A stretch of 64,000 bases of DNA from Thermoprotei archaeon (GTDB lineage Archaea > Thermoproteota > Thermoprotei > Gearchaeales > Gearchaeaceae): positions 7,403 through 71,402 of the forward strand of contig JAFMCU010000003.1 in the NCBI GenBank assembly GCA_017857595.1, written 5' to 3'. Each line of letters starts with the position of its first letter. Position 1 is the stretch's first letter. Positions 19,310 to 29,158 of this stretch are shown piece by piece. A model generated the notes under the pieces. It did no database searches and was not told the origin of the DNA. It saw only the letters and a program-made list of their open reading frames with translations. The position numbers and the translations under genes were made by a program.

Positions 19310-20118
19310 ACCAATTCAACATATTTTTTCAAAGTAATAGGTTGGAATCCTTTAATGTCATCATTCGCATCTTTTGTCAAATTGAACAATTTTATATTCC
19401 TTTTTTGTTCTTGAATCTTCTTTGCAAATAATTCTAACAATTCTTTTGCAATTCTGAGTTTTATAATTTTTCTTGTTCTATCGAATATTATAGGTTTTGA
19501 GTAGGTGCCAACTTCTTCTGATAGATTCATACCTATTAATGTTATAGATGCAGGATTAAAGCTACCTATAATATAGGCAGCTCTATCTCCATCGGTGAAC
19601 CCACCAAAATTATATACTTTTTCCTTAGGTCTTACTTGCGTTGTACCTATAACTTTATCCAATTTCGGAACATATGTAGCTATTTGTTCTTTGTTATCTC
19701 CATGGGCATGGACAATTACTATGCTTCCTTCTTTAGAACATGCTACTTGTTCTTTAGGAAATCCATCAAGGTCTGTTACAATTAGATCAGGTATATCGTC
19801 CATTATTTCTTGAAAAGCTTTTGTTGCTCCATCGCATGTTACATAAATAACTTTCTTTCTATCTATTTTTTTAACGTTTTCTAAGTCATCAACTATTGAA
19901 GGACCTGCACCTGCAATTATTACATGTTTCTTATAAACAATTGATTCCAATACCTTTGCTTCTAATCCTTTATTTCTAATCAAAACAGATAATAATTCCG
20001 TCGCCCTTGTATCCTCTTGGAATGATAAATTTAACTCCTTTGAAATTTTTTCATATATTTTTAACCATTCTTCTAAATCAATCATATTTTTTAATTTCTC
20101 TGCCATAATTATTCGCAT
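19300..20118 (-). CDS. mptE: 6-hydroxymethyl-7,8-dihydropterin pyrophosphokinase (MptE, DUF115)
   Basis: GAGPS, CDGA, VTDLDG, VHAHGDN, GTTQ, NFGGFTDGDRA; true start may be slightly downstream. Confidence 0.9.
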   Translation of the reverse strand: MRIIMAEKLKNMIDLEEWLKIYEKISKELNLSFQEDTRATELLSVLIRNKGLEAKVLESIVYKKHVIIAGAGPSIVDDLENVKKIDRKKVIYVTCDGATKAFQEIMDDIPDLIVTDLDGFPKEQVACSKEGSIVIVHAHGDNKEQIATYVPKLDKVIGTTQVRPKEKVYNFGGFTDGDRAAYIIGSFNPASITLIGMNLSEEVGTYSKPIIFDRTRKIIKLRIAKELLELFAKKIQEQKRNIKLFNLTKDANDDIKGFQPITLKKYVELVYK

Positions 20119-21010
20119 ATGAATTTATAATATCTACATTTGAATATAATCTATCTATTATTTTTTCTTTAACTTTTATTAAATCTCTTACATAGAACAA
20201 TCCATATATTGTTGGTCCCCATGAACTTTGGCCCACTCCAAATGCACCTAATCCCTTTAGCATATCTATATAATCTTTGAAGATGAAGATGTCTTTTTGT
20301 ACAGAAGAGAAATTCAATCCAACATTAATTTGTAGCTGAGTTAAATTTTTTCCAAAACTTTCTATATCTCTTTCTTTTATAGCGTCTTTCATTCCTTCGA
20401 TTAAGTTTAACATTTTTTCTATTCTATTCTTAGGTGTTATTGGTAATATTTTAAATAGCTCTTCTTCTTCTTTTCCTGATATTCTTTTTACTTTGTAATC
20501 AATAATTAATATAAATCCCCAATCATTCGGAAAATCACATTTGAAAGATAGTTTAGTGACCTCATTTAAATTATTTTTCCCATTATCGATCAGAAATCCA
20601 CCAAAAAGATAAGCACCAATTCCAATTCCTGAAATTTTTCCTATTTCCAATATAGGAGCAATTTCATATGGATCAAATCTAAGATCGTTTGCAATAAATA
20701 ATGCTTCAGAAATAGCTAAGACTGTTTGAGTTGTTGAACCAAGTCCTACATGTTCAGGAATTTCATTTATTAAATTTATTTCTAAATTTTTATTTAATTT
20801 GTAATATTTCAATAATTTTGATAATCTAAATTTTATATCTTCTCTATATACATTAATTTTTAATGAATTTTCTTTTTCATATGCTTCTATGATGGAAAAA
20901 GGGTTGCTTAAAGCTAAACCTACTGAACCGTAAAGATTAAAATCAGAGTTTTTGATATTTATTACTCCAAAATGTAACCTACTAGGTGTTTTTATCCTTA
21001 CCTTTTTCAT
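20078..21010 (-). CDS. mptG: Beta-ribofuranosylaminobenzene 5'-phosphate (RFA-P) synthase family
   Basis: TPSRLHFG, HVGLGSTTQ, SGIG..F..GGFLID, GQSSWGPT. Confidence 0.88.
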   Translation of the reverse strand: MKKVRIKTPSRLHFGVINIKNSDFNLYGSVGLALSNPFSIIEAYEKENSLKINVYREDIKFRLSKLLKYYKLNKNLEINLINEIPEHVGLGSTTQTVLAISEALFIANDLRFDPYEIAPILEIGKISGIGIGAYLFGGFLIDNGKNNLNEVTKLSFKCDFPNDWGFILIIDYKVKRISGKEEEELFKILPITPKNRIEKMLNLIEGMKDAIKERDIESFGKNLTQLQINVGLNFSSVQKDIFIFKDYIDMLKGLGAFGVGQSSWGPTIYGLFYVRDLIKVKEKIIDRLYSNVDIINSYANNYGREIKKYD

Positions 21011-21638
21011 ATCTTAGTTCATCTTGAATTTTCAAATCTATTTCAAACATCATATTATCATAGAGAGTATTAGGTGCAACTCTTTTAATCAATCTTTCAT
21101 AATAATCCACTAGAGAGAGTAAATTTTCTAATTCTTCTTGCATATTTAATTCTTTAAACACTCTAACACGTGTGGAATGAATTAAAGCTTCAAGGACAGC
21201 AAATTCAGCACGAGTAATAGGTTTTAAATGAGTTTTCTTTGATACAAAATTAACAATATTCATTATCAATTTTGGTCTTATTTGGTCTTCCTCTATTTCT
21301 TCTAATTGGCATTCTAAATAAAAAAGAGAATCCTTTAATTTTGGTATCTTAAGCGTTCTAGATAAATTGAATGATTTTTCATTTATTTTACCAAAATTTA
21401 CTTCGTAAAAGTATTTCACGTCGTTAAAGATATTTATAACTGCTTGTTTCATTTTTGAGACGTATTCGTATGTCCTTGTATTCTTAAAAGGTTTGATTAT
21501 TAGCTTAAATTTATCATTGAAGGAAAATCCCATATTAGCAGCATGAGGAGATTTTTCAATTGAGTAACAAGTTAGTATTCCTTCATAAATAACATTTGGA
21601 ATAAATATTCGTTTAATTAGTTCTTCAGATTTTTTCAT
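20982..21638 (-). CDS. DUF447-family protein (methanopterin-pathway associated)
   Basis: YEGILT...PHAANMG, PFKNTRT, RAEFAVLEALIHSTR. Confidence 0.75.
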   Translation of the reverse strand: MKKSEELIKRIFIPNVIYEGILTCYSIEKSPHAANMGFSFNDKFKLIIKPFKNTRTYEYVSKMKQAVINIFNDVKYFYEVNFGKINEKSFNLSRTLKIPKLKDSLFYLECQLEEIEEDQIRPKLIMNIVNFVSKKTHLKPITRAEFAVLEALIHSTRVRVFKELNMQEELENLLSLVDYYERLIKRVAPNTLYDNMMFEIDLKIQDELRYEKGKDKNT

Positions 21639-21723
21639 TCAATCATAAATAAATCATGATTATTACTTTTATAGGTTTTGTTTAGCTTAGGTTAATAATA
21701 CTTTAAATATATTTTATAAACCA

Positions 21724-23289
21724 ATGGTACTATTGCTTGTTACAGGAACACTTGCAAAAGATATTGTGGTTGAACAATCAAAACTATGTAAGATTCCTAC
21801 GAAGGTATTAGTTTTAGATTTACCCGTTGCTTCTCTTATGAAACCTCTGTATATATTATACAATATTAAGGACAAAATAACACCAGATATAGATTGCATC
21901 ATGGTTCCTGGTCTTGTACAGGGCGATATAAGAATTATAGAAGAGAAAACGGGAATAAGAACTGTGCGCGGACCAAAAAGTGCCTATGACATATCTTTTA
22001 TCGTTAATAATTTTGGTTTAGAAAACTTATCCAAAGATATACCAGCTTGTACACTTTTCAAAAAAAGAATGAAGGATGAATTGATTCAAAGTTTAGAAAA
22101 GATAGAAAATGATTCCGTTTTGCAATTTCAAGAAGGAAATTATTCTTTGAAGGGTCTAAGTTATGGTATAAGCTTTCCAACAAGAATTATTGCAGAAATA
22201 GTCGATGCACCTTTACTAACGAATGATCACATAAAGGAAATTGTGAATTATTATGTTCAGTCAGGTGCAGATGTGATAGATATTGGTATGTTAGCCACTG
22301 AAGATTCTTCTAAAGAATTGCCAAGAATAATAAACTCAATTAAAAGTGTTACAGACAAACCAATTAGTATTGATTCGATGAATGAAAATGAAATAAATGA
22401 AGCAATAAAACTTGGCATAGACATGGTTATTAGTCTTGATAGGAGTCTATTGAGAAAAGTGGCTATAAGCGAGAACGTTCATTATGTTTTAATACCGATT
22501 GATTTAGAAAGGAAATATTTTCCTAAAGATCCTGAAGAAAGGATATATTTATTAATTCAAATATATGAAGAAGCGAAAAATTTAGGTTTCAGGAACTTAA
22601 TACTAGATCCAATACTCGATTCTCCTTTTTCTCAGTCACTTGTTAAATCCATTGTTTCTTATTTTCTTTTAAGAAATAAATTAAAGAATGTACCAATACT
22701 AATGGGAACAGGAAACATTACCGAGATGATCGATGCTGACTCTACTGGTATGAATGCTCTTCTTGCAGCCATTGCATCAGAACTGAATGCATCTTTTATA
22801 TTAACAACAGAAGTAAGCAACAAGTGTAAATCTACTGTTAAAGAATTGTCGATCGCAAGTAAAATGATGTTTGCAGCAAAGTTAAAAAAGAGCTATCCAA
22901 AAGATTTAGGAGTGGACCTTCTTATTTACAAAGATAAGAAACTTCAAGATGAACCCATAGAAGATGATAAGAATGCAAAGGTTTATTATTGCAATGAGCC
23001 TCTCTCATACATGAATGATCCAAAAGGCTGGTTTAAAGTTTATGTAGATAGAATTAGGAAAGAGGTTGTTGTTCATCATAAACCAAAGTATAATTCGCTT
23101 GAGAGCGATGTTGTAATAAGAGGAACTAGTGTTGAGGGAATTTATAGAACTATCGCTAGCTTAGGCCTTGTATCTAGACTTGATCACGCATCATACATTG
23201 CTGCCGAAGTTCAAAAAGCTTATATTGCTTTAAAAATGAACAGAACCTATATTCAAGATTCTGATATATTAAATAGAGATTACGATTAA
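21724..23289 (+). CDS. Dihydropteroate synthase-like protein with C-terminal DUF4346 domain
   Basis: IAEIVDAP, GADVIDIG, ISIDS, GNITEMIDADSTG; C-terminal DPKGWF...LDHASYIAAE..KA..Y.QD. Confidence 0.85.
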   Translation: MVLLLVTGTLAKDIVVEQSKLCKIPTKVLVLDLPVASLMKPLYILYNIKDKITPDIDCIMVPGLVQGDIRIIEEKTGIRTVRGPKSAYDISFIVNNFGLENLSKDIPACTLFKKRMKDELIQSLEKIENDSVLQFQEGNYSLKGLSYGISFPTRIIAEIVDAPLLTNDHIKEIVNYYVQSGADVIDIGMLATEDSSKELPRIINSIKSVTDKPISIDSMNENEINEAIKLGIDMVISLDRSLLRKVAISENVHYVLIPIDLERKYFPKDPEERIYLLIQIYEEAKNLGFRNLILDPILDSPFSQSLVKSIVSYFLLRNKLKNVPILMGTGNITEMIDADSTGMNALLAAIASELNASFILTTEVSNKCKSTVKELSIASKMMFAAKLKKSYPKDLGVDLLIYKDKKLQDEPIEDDKNAKVYYCNEPLSYMNDPKGWFKVYVDRIRKEVVVHHKPKYNSLESDVVIRGTSVEGIYRTIASLGLVSRLDHASYIAAEVQKAYIALKMNRTYIQDSDILNRDYD

Positions 23290-23345
23290 TCAAATTAATC
23301 ATATAAAAAATGAAAATCGAATTTAATTGATTTAAATATATATAT

Positions 23346-23362
23346 AGTGAAAATATATCACT
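23346..23362. promoter_or_regulatory. Short inverted repeat AGTGA-N7-TCACT upstream of the MFS gene
   Basis: Seen in sequence, just downstream of an AT-rich TATA-like stretch; function inferred only. Confidence 0.3.
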
Positions 23363-23383
23363 CTTTTTAATATATTTTTAGAT

Positions 23384-24682
23384 TTGTATATGGCAATCTA
23401 TGCATTAGAACGAAAACAATGGATACAAGTTTTTGCTGCTTGGACAGGATGGTTATTAGATGGTTTTACTACAATAGCATATGCTCTTGTTGCAACGACA
23501 ATTAGTAAAATATTCTTGCCATCTTCTTTACAAACGTTAGGATTAGCGATTATTTTTGCAGGCTTTGCTGTTGAAGCTTTAGCGAGACCGATCGGTTCTT
23601 TAATTTTTGGTAATTATTTAGGAGATAAAATTGGAAGAAAAAATATGTTATCGTTTACAATTTTAGGCTTTTCTATATTTGCTGGTTTAAAAGGTTTATT
23701 ACCTACTTATGATCAAGTTGGATTACTTGCACTTATTCTTTTATATATCGTATTATTCATAGAAGGAATGTTTGCAGGAGCTGAATATGGTGGTGGGACT
23801 GTACTTGCATTAGAAAGTGTCCCTCCAGAAAGTAGGGGATTTATTGGCTCGTTTGTTCAAAGCGGTTTTGGTACTGGATATTTCTTAATTTCATTTATTT
23901 TTGCAGGAATAAGTGCTTTATTTCCAGGTAATTCATTTCAAAATTACGGTTGGAGAATATTCTTTTTAATATTATTCATACCTGGTATAATTGCATTTAT
24001 TTTGCGAGTCTTTGCACACGAATCACCCATCTTTGAAGAGCTTGTAAAACAAAAAGAAATTGAAAAAGTTCCATTATTCCGATTGTTTCGAGAATCTTAC
24101 AAAAGTGTTTTGTATGGCCTTCTTATAACTACAGGACTATTATTCATAAATACTGCTACTTTTTCATTTTACCCAACGATAATGAGTTTATTAGGCTACA
24201 ATAATATTCTAATTGGAACTTATCTAGCCATAATTAACTTTGTATCTTTATTAGGCGTTTGGTTTGGAGGCTTTATATCGAACTACTTAAAAGGGAGAAA
24301 GAAAAGTCTATTGATATATTCAATAATGTTTGTAATCTTGGTAGGACCATTAACATACATTGGCTATACGTCTGTTTCAGAATATCTACTTATTGCATAT
24401 TCTCTACAAGCTTTTTTGGAAGCGATGATATTCGCAACTTTACCTTCATTTTTATCCGAAACGTTCAGCAAAAAATATAGAACGACTGCTGTTGGTTTTA
24501 CATACAATGGAGGAGCTATAGTTGGTTCACTTGCCATTTCAATAATTTTTATTTTAAGTGGAACATTTGGATTATTAACTTCATGGATTTTAATGCTATA
24601 TATTGCATCAATAGTTATGTTAATTGGAATTATTCTTTCAAGAGAAACTTGGACAAGCAAAGAAGATTATATAAAATATTGA
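23384..24682 (+). CDS. MFS transporter (metabolite:H+ symporter-like)
   Basis: About 12 TM; GDKIGRK motif A, GAEYGG, ETFSKKYR. Confidence 0.9.
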   Translation: MYMAIYALERKQWIQVFAAWTGWLLDGFTTIAYALVATTISKIFLPSSLQTLGLAIIFAGFAVEALARPIGSLIFGNYLGDKIGRKNMLSFTILGFSIFAGLKGLLPTYDQVGLLALILLYIVLFIEGMFAGAEYGGGTVLALESVPPESRGFIGSFVQSGFGTGYFLISFIFAGISALFPGNSFQNYGWRIFFLILFIPGIIAFILRVFAHESPIFEELVKQKEIEKVPLFRLFRESYKSVLYGLLITTGLLFINTATFSFYPTIMSLLGYNNILIGTYLAIINFVSLLGVWFGGFISNYLKGRKKSLLIYSIMFVILVGPLTYIGYTSVSEYLLIAYSLQAFLEAMIFATLPSFLSETFSKKYRTTAVGFTYNGGAIVGSLAISIIFILSGTFGLLTSWILMLYIASIVMLIGIILSRETWTSKEDYIKY

Positions 24683-24683
24683 A

Positions 24684-25613
24684 ATGGGTAAGTATAAGAT
24701 TTATACCCCAGCTGGTCTTTCTAGTTTTTTTGAAGCTTGTATTTTCAATGAGAAAGGTAACATTATAGAAGATCCGAGTATAAAAGGAGCTAGAGGTGGT
24801 GGTTTTACTCTAGAAAAAGGAACAATAACAACAACTACTATCGATGAAAACAATAAAGAAGTTGAGGTATATATAAATGGAAAAAAGGAAAACGCTGTGA
24901 CAACAAAAAATGCTGTTAAGCTTCTTTTAAATTTCCTTAATAAAAAAGATATAGGCGTAAAAGTATACCATAAAATATCTTTACCAATTGGAGCAGGATT
25001 TGGAACAAGTGCATCTGGCGCTCTAGGAGCGATTTTATCTCTATCTTATGAATTGGGTCATCCTATTTCTATCATTAATGCGATCCGATTATCACATATA
25101 GCAGATGTTTTATCCTATACAGGATTGGAAACTGCTGAGGGTTTCGCAACCGGTGGTGTTGTTTTAATCACGGAACCTGGCACCTTTTGGAATGCAGAAG
25201 TTGAAAAGATAGCATATAGTAGAGATATTTTAATCGTTGCTGCTTATTTCGAACCAATTAAAAAAGAATCAATTTTAAAATCTATAGACGCATTAGTTGA
25301 ATTAAACAAGGTTGCTAAAGAAACAATGAAGAATGTATTAAAATATCCTACAGTAGATAATTTACTTAAAGAATCAAGAATTTTCGCAGAAAAATCTGGT
25401 ATAGGAGATAAAGAGATGCTTAAAATTTCTGATGAATTGGTCAAAAACGGTGCTATAGGTGCTACTCAAAACATGATAGGTAGGGCTGTACATTGCGCAG
25501 TTTATAAAAAGACATTATCTAAGATTGTAGATTTACTTAAGCAATATACTGAAAATGTTTATGTTTCGAAAATACATGATGGAGGACCTTTGATTTACTC
25601 ATATTATCAGTAA
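24684..25613 (+). CDS. Pantoate kinase (archaeal GHMP family)
   Basis: PAGLSSFF, GARGGG, PIGAGFGTSA, QNMIG. Confidence 0.8.
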   Translation: MGKYKIYTPAGLSSFFEACIFNEKGNIIEDPSIKGARGGGFTLEKGTITTTTIDENNKEVEVYINGKKENAVTTKNAVKLLLNFLNKKDIGVKVYHKISLPIGAGFGTSASGALGAILSLSYELGHPISIINAIRLSHIADVLSYTGLETAEGFATGGVVLITEPGTFWNAEVEKIAYSRDILIVAAYFEPIKKESILKSIDALVELNKVAKETMKNVLKYPTVDNLLKESRIFAEKSGIGDKEMLKISDELVKNGAIGATQNMIGRAVHCAVYKKTLSKIVDLLKQYTENVYVSKIHDGGPLIYSYYQ

Positions 25614-25934
25614 AACAATGCTTATTATTGGAAATATGAATCCTAACGCATAGAGTATTGGTTCGATGTATTTTTCCAATTTTATCAGACCTATGTCATG
25701 TAAGAAGGCTTTAAATCTGTACATCCCATGATAAATAGCTGAAGCAATAATTATGAATATATATACTTTAAATGCATAACTGCTCAACATTTTAGCTAGT
25801 ATTTGTTGACCCATTGTATTTGAAATTAAAGATGGAACAAATTCAGTTGCAATGATATGTATAGGAATAAATATAGCTGCTAATGTAGATGTTGCAGCAA
25901 ATAAACCCCACATTACAGATTCAAATTTGCTCAT
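25599..25934 (-). CDS. frdD: Fumarate reductase membrane anchor D
   Basis: ESVMWGLFAA resembles the E. coli FrdD N-terminus; 3 TM; operon context. Confidence 0.75.
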   Translation of the reverse strand: MSKFESVMWGLFAATSTLAAIFIPIHIIATEFVPSLISNTMGQQILAKMLSSYAFKVYIFIIIASAIYHGMYRFKAFLHDIGLIKLEKYIEPILYALGFIFPIISIVLLII

Positions 25935-25935
25935 T

Positions 25936-26307
25936 TTAATAAAGCCAAATGTAATAAACGATGAAAAATAAAATTATTGATAATAATAACCAAACTACAA
26001 CCATTTCTGAACTGTTTAATGTTTTACTTCCAACTTTTATTGGCTGTGCTTTAGGTAATAATGAAAACCATGTTATACCGTGAATTAGTGCGAATATTAA
26101 GAATACAATTGAAAGAGCTACTTCCAAAGGACCAGAAAATAAATATTGATACATGCTTGTTAAATTAAAATCGAAATAGTAAAGTTTTATTAAAAAGTAA
26201 ATTCCATACAATGCGATAATGAAGCTTGAAAATTCTCTTATTAGTATAAAAGTATATATTGGTCTTTTAAAATATCCAACCTTCTCTTTAATTTTCTTTT
26301 TTTCCAT
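25936..26307 (-). CDS. frdC: Fumarate reductase membrane anchor C
   Basis: ILIREFS (Arg-Glu as in FrdC R28/E29), LIHGITWF; 3 TM. Confidence 0.75.
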   Translation of the reverse strand: MEKKKIKEKVGYFKRPIYTFILIREFSSFIIALYGIYFLIKLYYFDFNLTSMYQYLFSGPLEVALSIVFLIFALIHGITWFSLLPKAQPIKVGSKTLNSSEMVVVWLLLSIILFFIVYYIWLY

Positions 26308-26308
26308 C

Positions 26309-27016
26309 TTAACTAAACAAATTATTTAATGTAGATATTACCTTTAATCTTTGAATATGGAATGAAGGATCTACGCCCTTCGGACATACAACTGTGCATT
26401 GACCTACCATTGAACACATGTAAGCTGAGTTTTTAAGCGATGCTATTTTTATTCTTTCTGATTTTGCTTGATCTCTAGGATCATGCAAATACCTATATAA
26501 TATTGCGAGTGCTGCAGGACCAATAAATTCTTCATCTGAGCCGAATACAGGACATGCTGCATAACATAGCATGCAATTAATACAAGAGCTAGAATGTTTT
26601 ATTAAATCAAGTTGTTCAGGCTTTACTATGTATTCTTTATCTAAATCTTCTTCTTTCTCTCTTATTATGTAAGACTTTACAAACTTTAACTTATCTAAAA
26701 AGATGTCTATGTCTACGACTAAGTCCTTTATAATCGGGAAATTATAAAGAGGCTCGATATAAATTGGTTTCTTTACCGATTCAATTAAAGTTCTACATAC
26801 CAGTGTTGGCTTTTTGTTGACAACCATTCCACAACTTCCACAGGATGCCATTCTACATGAATATCTAAAGCTCAGTGTTCTATCTAAGTAGTCCTTTATG
26901 TAAATGAGGCCAGAAAGTATTGTTGTATCACTTTCATAAGGTACTTTATACTCACTCGTATAAAATACTCCTTTTTCTGGATTATACCTTTTAATTATGA
27001 AAGTTGTTTCTGGCAT
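26309..27016 (-). CDS. frdB: Fumarate reductase/succinate dehydrogenase Fe-S subunit
   Basis: CRMASCGSC, CINCMLCYAACP, CSMVGQCTVVCP. Confidence 0.93.
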   Translation of the reverse strand: MPETTFIIKRYNPEKGVFYTSEYKVPYESDTTILSGLIYIKDYLDRTLSFRYSCRMASCGSCGMVVNKKPTLVCRTLIESVKKPIYIEPLYNFPIIKDLVVDIDIFLDKLKFVKSYIIREKEEDLDKEYIVKPEQLDLIKHSSSCINCMLCYAACPVFGSDEEFIGPAALAILYRYLHDPRDQAKSERIKIASLKNSAYMCSMVGQCTVVCPKGVDPSFHIQRLKVISTLNNLFS

Positions 27017-28717
27017 CTAATACTTCCTCTCAGCAGGTTGCCATTTAGTAATTTTAACGGGTAGATAATCTATTTGTGGTTTCTCTCTAGTTTTATATAC
27101 TAATGTATGTGCAAGATATTCTTTATCATTTCTTTCAGGATAATCTGTTCTATAATGTGCACCTCTTGATTCTTTTCTATACAATGCAGAATAAGCTACA
27201 GCTTCTGCGACATCCAACATAAAGTCTAGTTCTAATATTTCAACAATATCTGTGTTAAATATCATTGTTTTATCACCTGCGCTTACATTTTTAAACATTT
27301 CCTTTAATTTTTCTACTTCTCTACAAGCTTCTAACAGTTCCTTTTCATTTCTTAAAATTCCAACTTTTTCTTCCATTGTTTCCTTTAATTTGTACTTTAT
27401 CTCAGCAGGAGCAATTCCACTTTCTTTCTTTAGTAATTGATCGAATATCCTTTTTTCTTCAATTTGAATATTTTCATAAGCTACATTGCAATAATCATGT
27501 TCAATTGCAAATTTCGCTGCATGTTCACCACTAATTGCACCAAATACTAGGCATTCAGGTAGTGAATTTGAACCTAATCTATTTGCTCCATTAATGCTCA
27601 CACAAGATGCTTCTCCTGCAGCAAATAATCCAGCAACAGGTGTACTAGTATTTAAATCTACATGAACTCCTCCCATGAAATAATGCTGGCCAGGTCTTAC
27701 AGGTATCAATTCATTAACAGGATCTATGCCAACAAATGTCTTTGCAAGTTCCCTTATTTGAGGAAGTTTTTCTTCGATCTTTTCTTCGCCAAGATGTCTA
27801 AGATCCAAAGCAACGTAATCGCCATGTTTTCCTTTAAATCCATTGCCCAATCTTATTTCGTTGACTATGGCTCTAGATATAATATCTCTTGGTCCCAATT
27901 CCATCTTTGTAGGTACGTAGTTTTTAAGGAATCTTTCATATTTGTTATTCAAAAGATATCCGCCTTCTCCTCTTGCAGCTTCACTTATAAGTATACCACT
28001 TCCTGGTAAACAAGTTGGATGAAATTGAACAAATTCCATGTCTTTTAATGGCACTCCTATTCTATATGCAAGAGCCATACCGTCTCCTGTGTTTATAGCT
28101 CCATTCGTTGTGAATTTATATATTTGTCCTGCACCACCTGTAGCAATTATAGCAGCTTTACCTTTCAAAAAGTGAAACGCGCCATCTCTTAAAGATAAAG
28201 CTGTTATTCCGCAAAATCTATTGTTTTCAACTATTATAGAAGTTACAAAATATTCGTCGTATCTAACTATGTTATCATATTTTAGAGAAGTTTGAAATAA
28301 CGTATGCAGTAAATAAAATCCTGTTTTATCTGCAGCATGAATTGTTCTTTTTACGCTCATTCCACCAAACCACCTTACATCAATTTTTCCTTCTTGGTCT
28401 CTATTCCATGGACATCCCCAATGTTCGAGTCTAATTATTTCTCTTGGAGCTAATCTTACGAAAAGTTCTACTGCATCTTGATCTGCTAAAAAATCACTTC
28501 CTTTAATTGTATCATAAGCATGTAAATCAAAGTTGTCATCAGGCTTTATTGCAGCAGCCGCTCCTCCTTCTGCAGATACAGTATGACTTCTCATTGGATA
28601 TACTTTAGAGACAATTGCTACACTTAATTTGGGACTTTTTGACGCAGCTTCTATAGCAGCTCTTAATCCTGCAGCTCCGCCACCAATTACAATTACATCA
28701 TGCGAATATTTATCCAC
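27017..28717 (-). CDS. frdA: Fumarate reductase/succinate dehydrogenase flavoprotein
   Basis: GGGAAG, RSHTVSAEGG (covalent-FAD His; Glu as in FrdA), QFHPT, HYFMGG, GANRLGSNSL, ESRGAH; likely start GTG 28717. Confidence 0.95.
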   Translation of the reverse strand: MDKYSHDVIVIGGGAAGLRAAIEAASKSPKLSVAIVSKVYPMRSHTVSAEGGAAAAIKPDDNFDLHAYDTIKGSDFLADQDAVELFVRLAPREIIRLEHWGCPWNRDQEGKIDVRWFGGMSVKRTIHAADKTGFYLLHTLFQTSLKYDNIVRYDEYFVTSIIVENNRFCGITALSLRDGAFHFLKGKAAIIATGGAGQIYKFTTNGAINTGDGMALAYRIGVPLKDMEFVQFHPTCLPGSGILISEAARGEGGYLLNNKYERFLKNYVPTKMELGPRDIISRAIVNEIRLGNGFKGKHGDYVALDLRHLGEEKIEEKLPQIRELAKTFVGIDPVNELIPVRPGQHYFMGGVHVDLNTSTPVAGLFAAGEASCVSINGANRLGSNSLPECLVFGAISGEHAAKFAIEHDYCNVAYENIQIEEKRIFDQLLKKESGIAPAEIKYKLKETMEEKVGILRNEKELLEACREVEKLKEMFKNVSAGDKTMIFNTDIVEILELDFMLDVAEAVAYSALYRKESRGAHYRTDYPERNDKEYLAHTLVYKTREKPQIDYLPVKITKWQPAERKY

Positions 28718-28801
28718 ATTATTATAATGTTTTTGTTTAAAATATAGTTGATTAATAAAAGGCAAAAGTATATTAACTTCTTGAATAAAATAAAGAATGT
28801 A

Positions 28802-29158
28802 ATGTTTGAATTTATACCTTTAGCTGTTGCACTTGTTATATCAGCAATTGTAGCAGCATTAATCGTTGGAATAAACTATTTATTAATACCTTCTTCACCA
28901 AAAGATGATATGAGGTTTTCACCATATGAATGTGGTGAAGAAGTTATAGGAGAAGCTCAAGTAAGAATGAATGTGCAATATTATGTATACGGTATAGCTT
29001 ATTTGATAACTGACATACTTGCAGTTACAATTATAATATGGGCTTTCTATCAATACAATTTATCCATTTCCAGTATTGTAGCACTTTCATTCTTGGCATT
29101 TTCTATGCTTTTTGGAATCTTATATTCGATTAGAAAGAGGTTGTTAAGATGGGTATAA
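28802..29158 (+). CDS. nuoA: Complex I-like subunit A
   Basis: PYECG, 3 TM; likely start ATG 28802. Confidence 0.9.
   Translation: MFEFIPLAVALVISAIVAALIVGINYLLIPSSPKDDMRFSPYECGEEVIGEAQVRMNVQYYVYGIAYLITDILAVTIIIWAFYQYNLSISSIVALSFLAFSMLFGILYSIRKRLLRWV

Noticed and set aside
18926-23289. Evidence of methanogenesis
   Set aside because: Only cofactor-biosynthesis genes are present; these also occur in non-methanogens, and no mcr/mtr genes are in the window.
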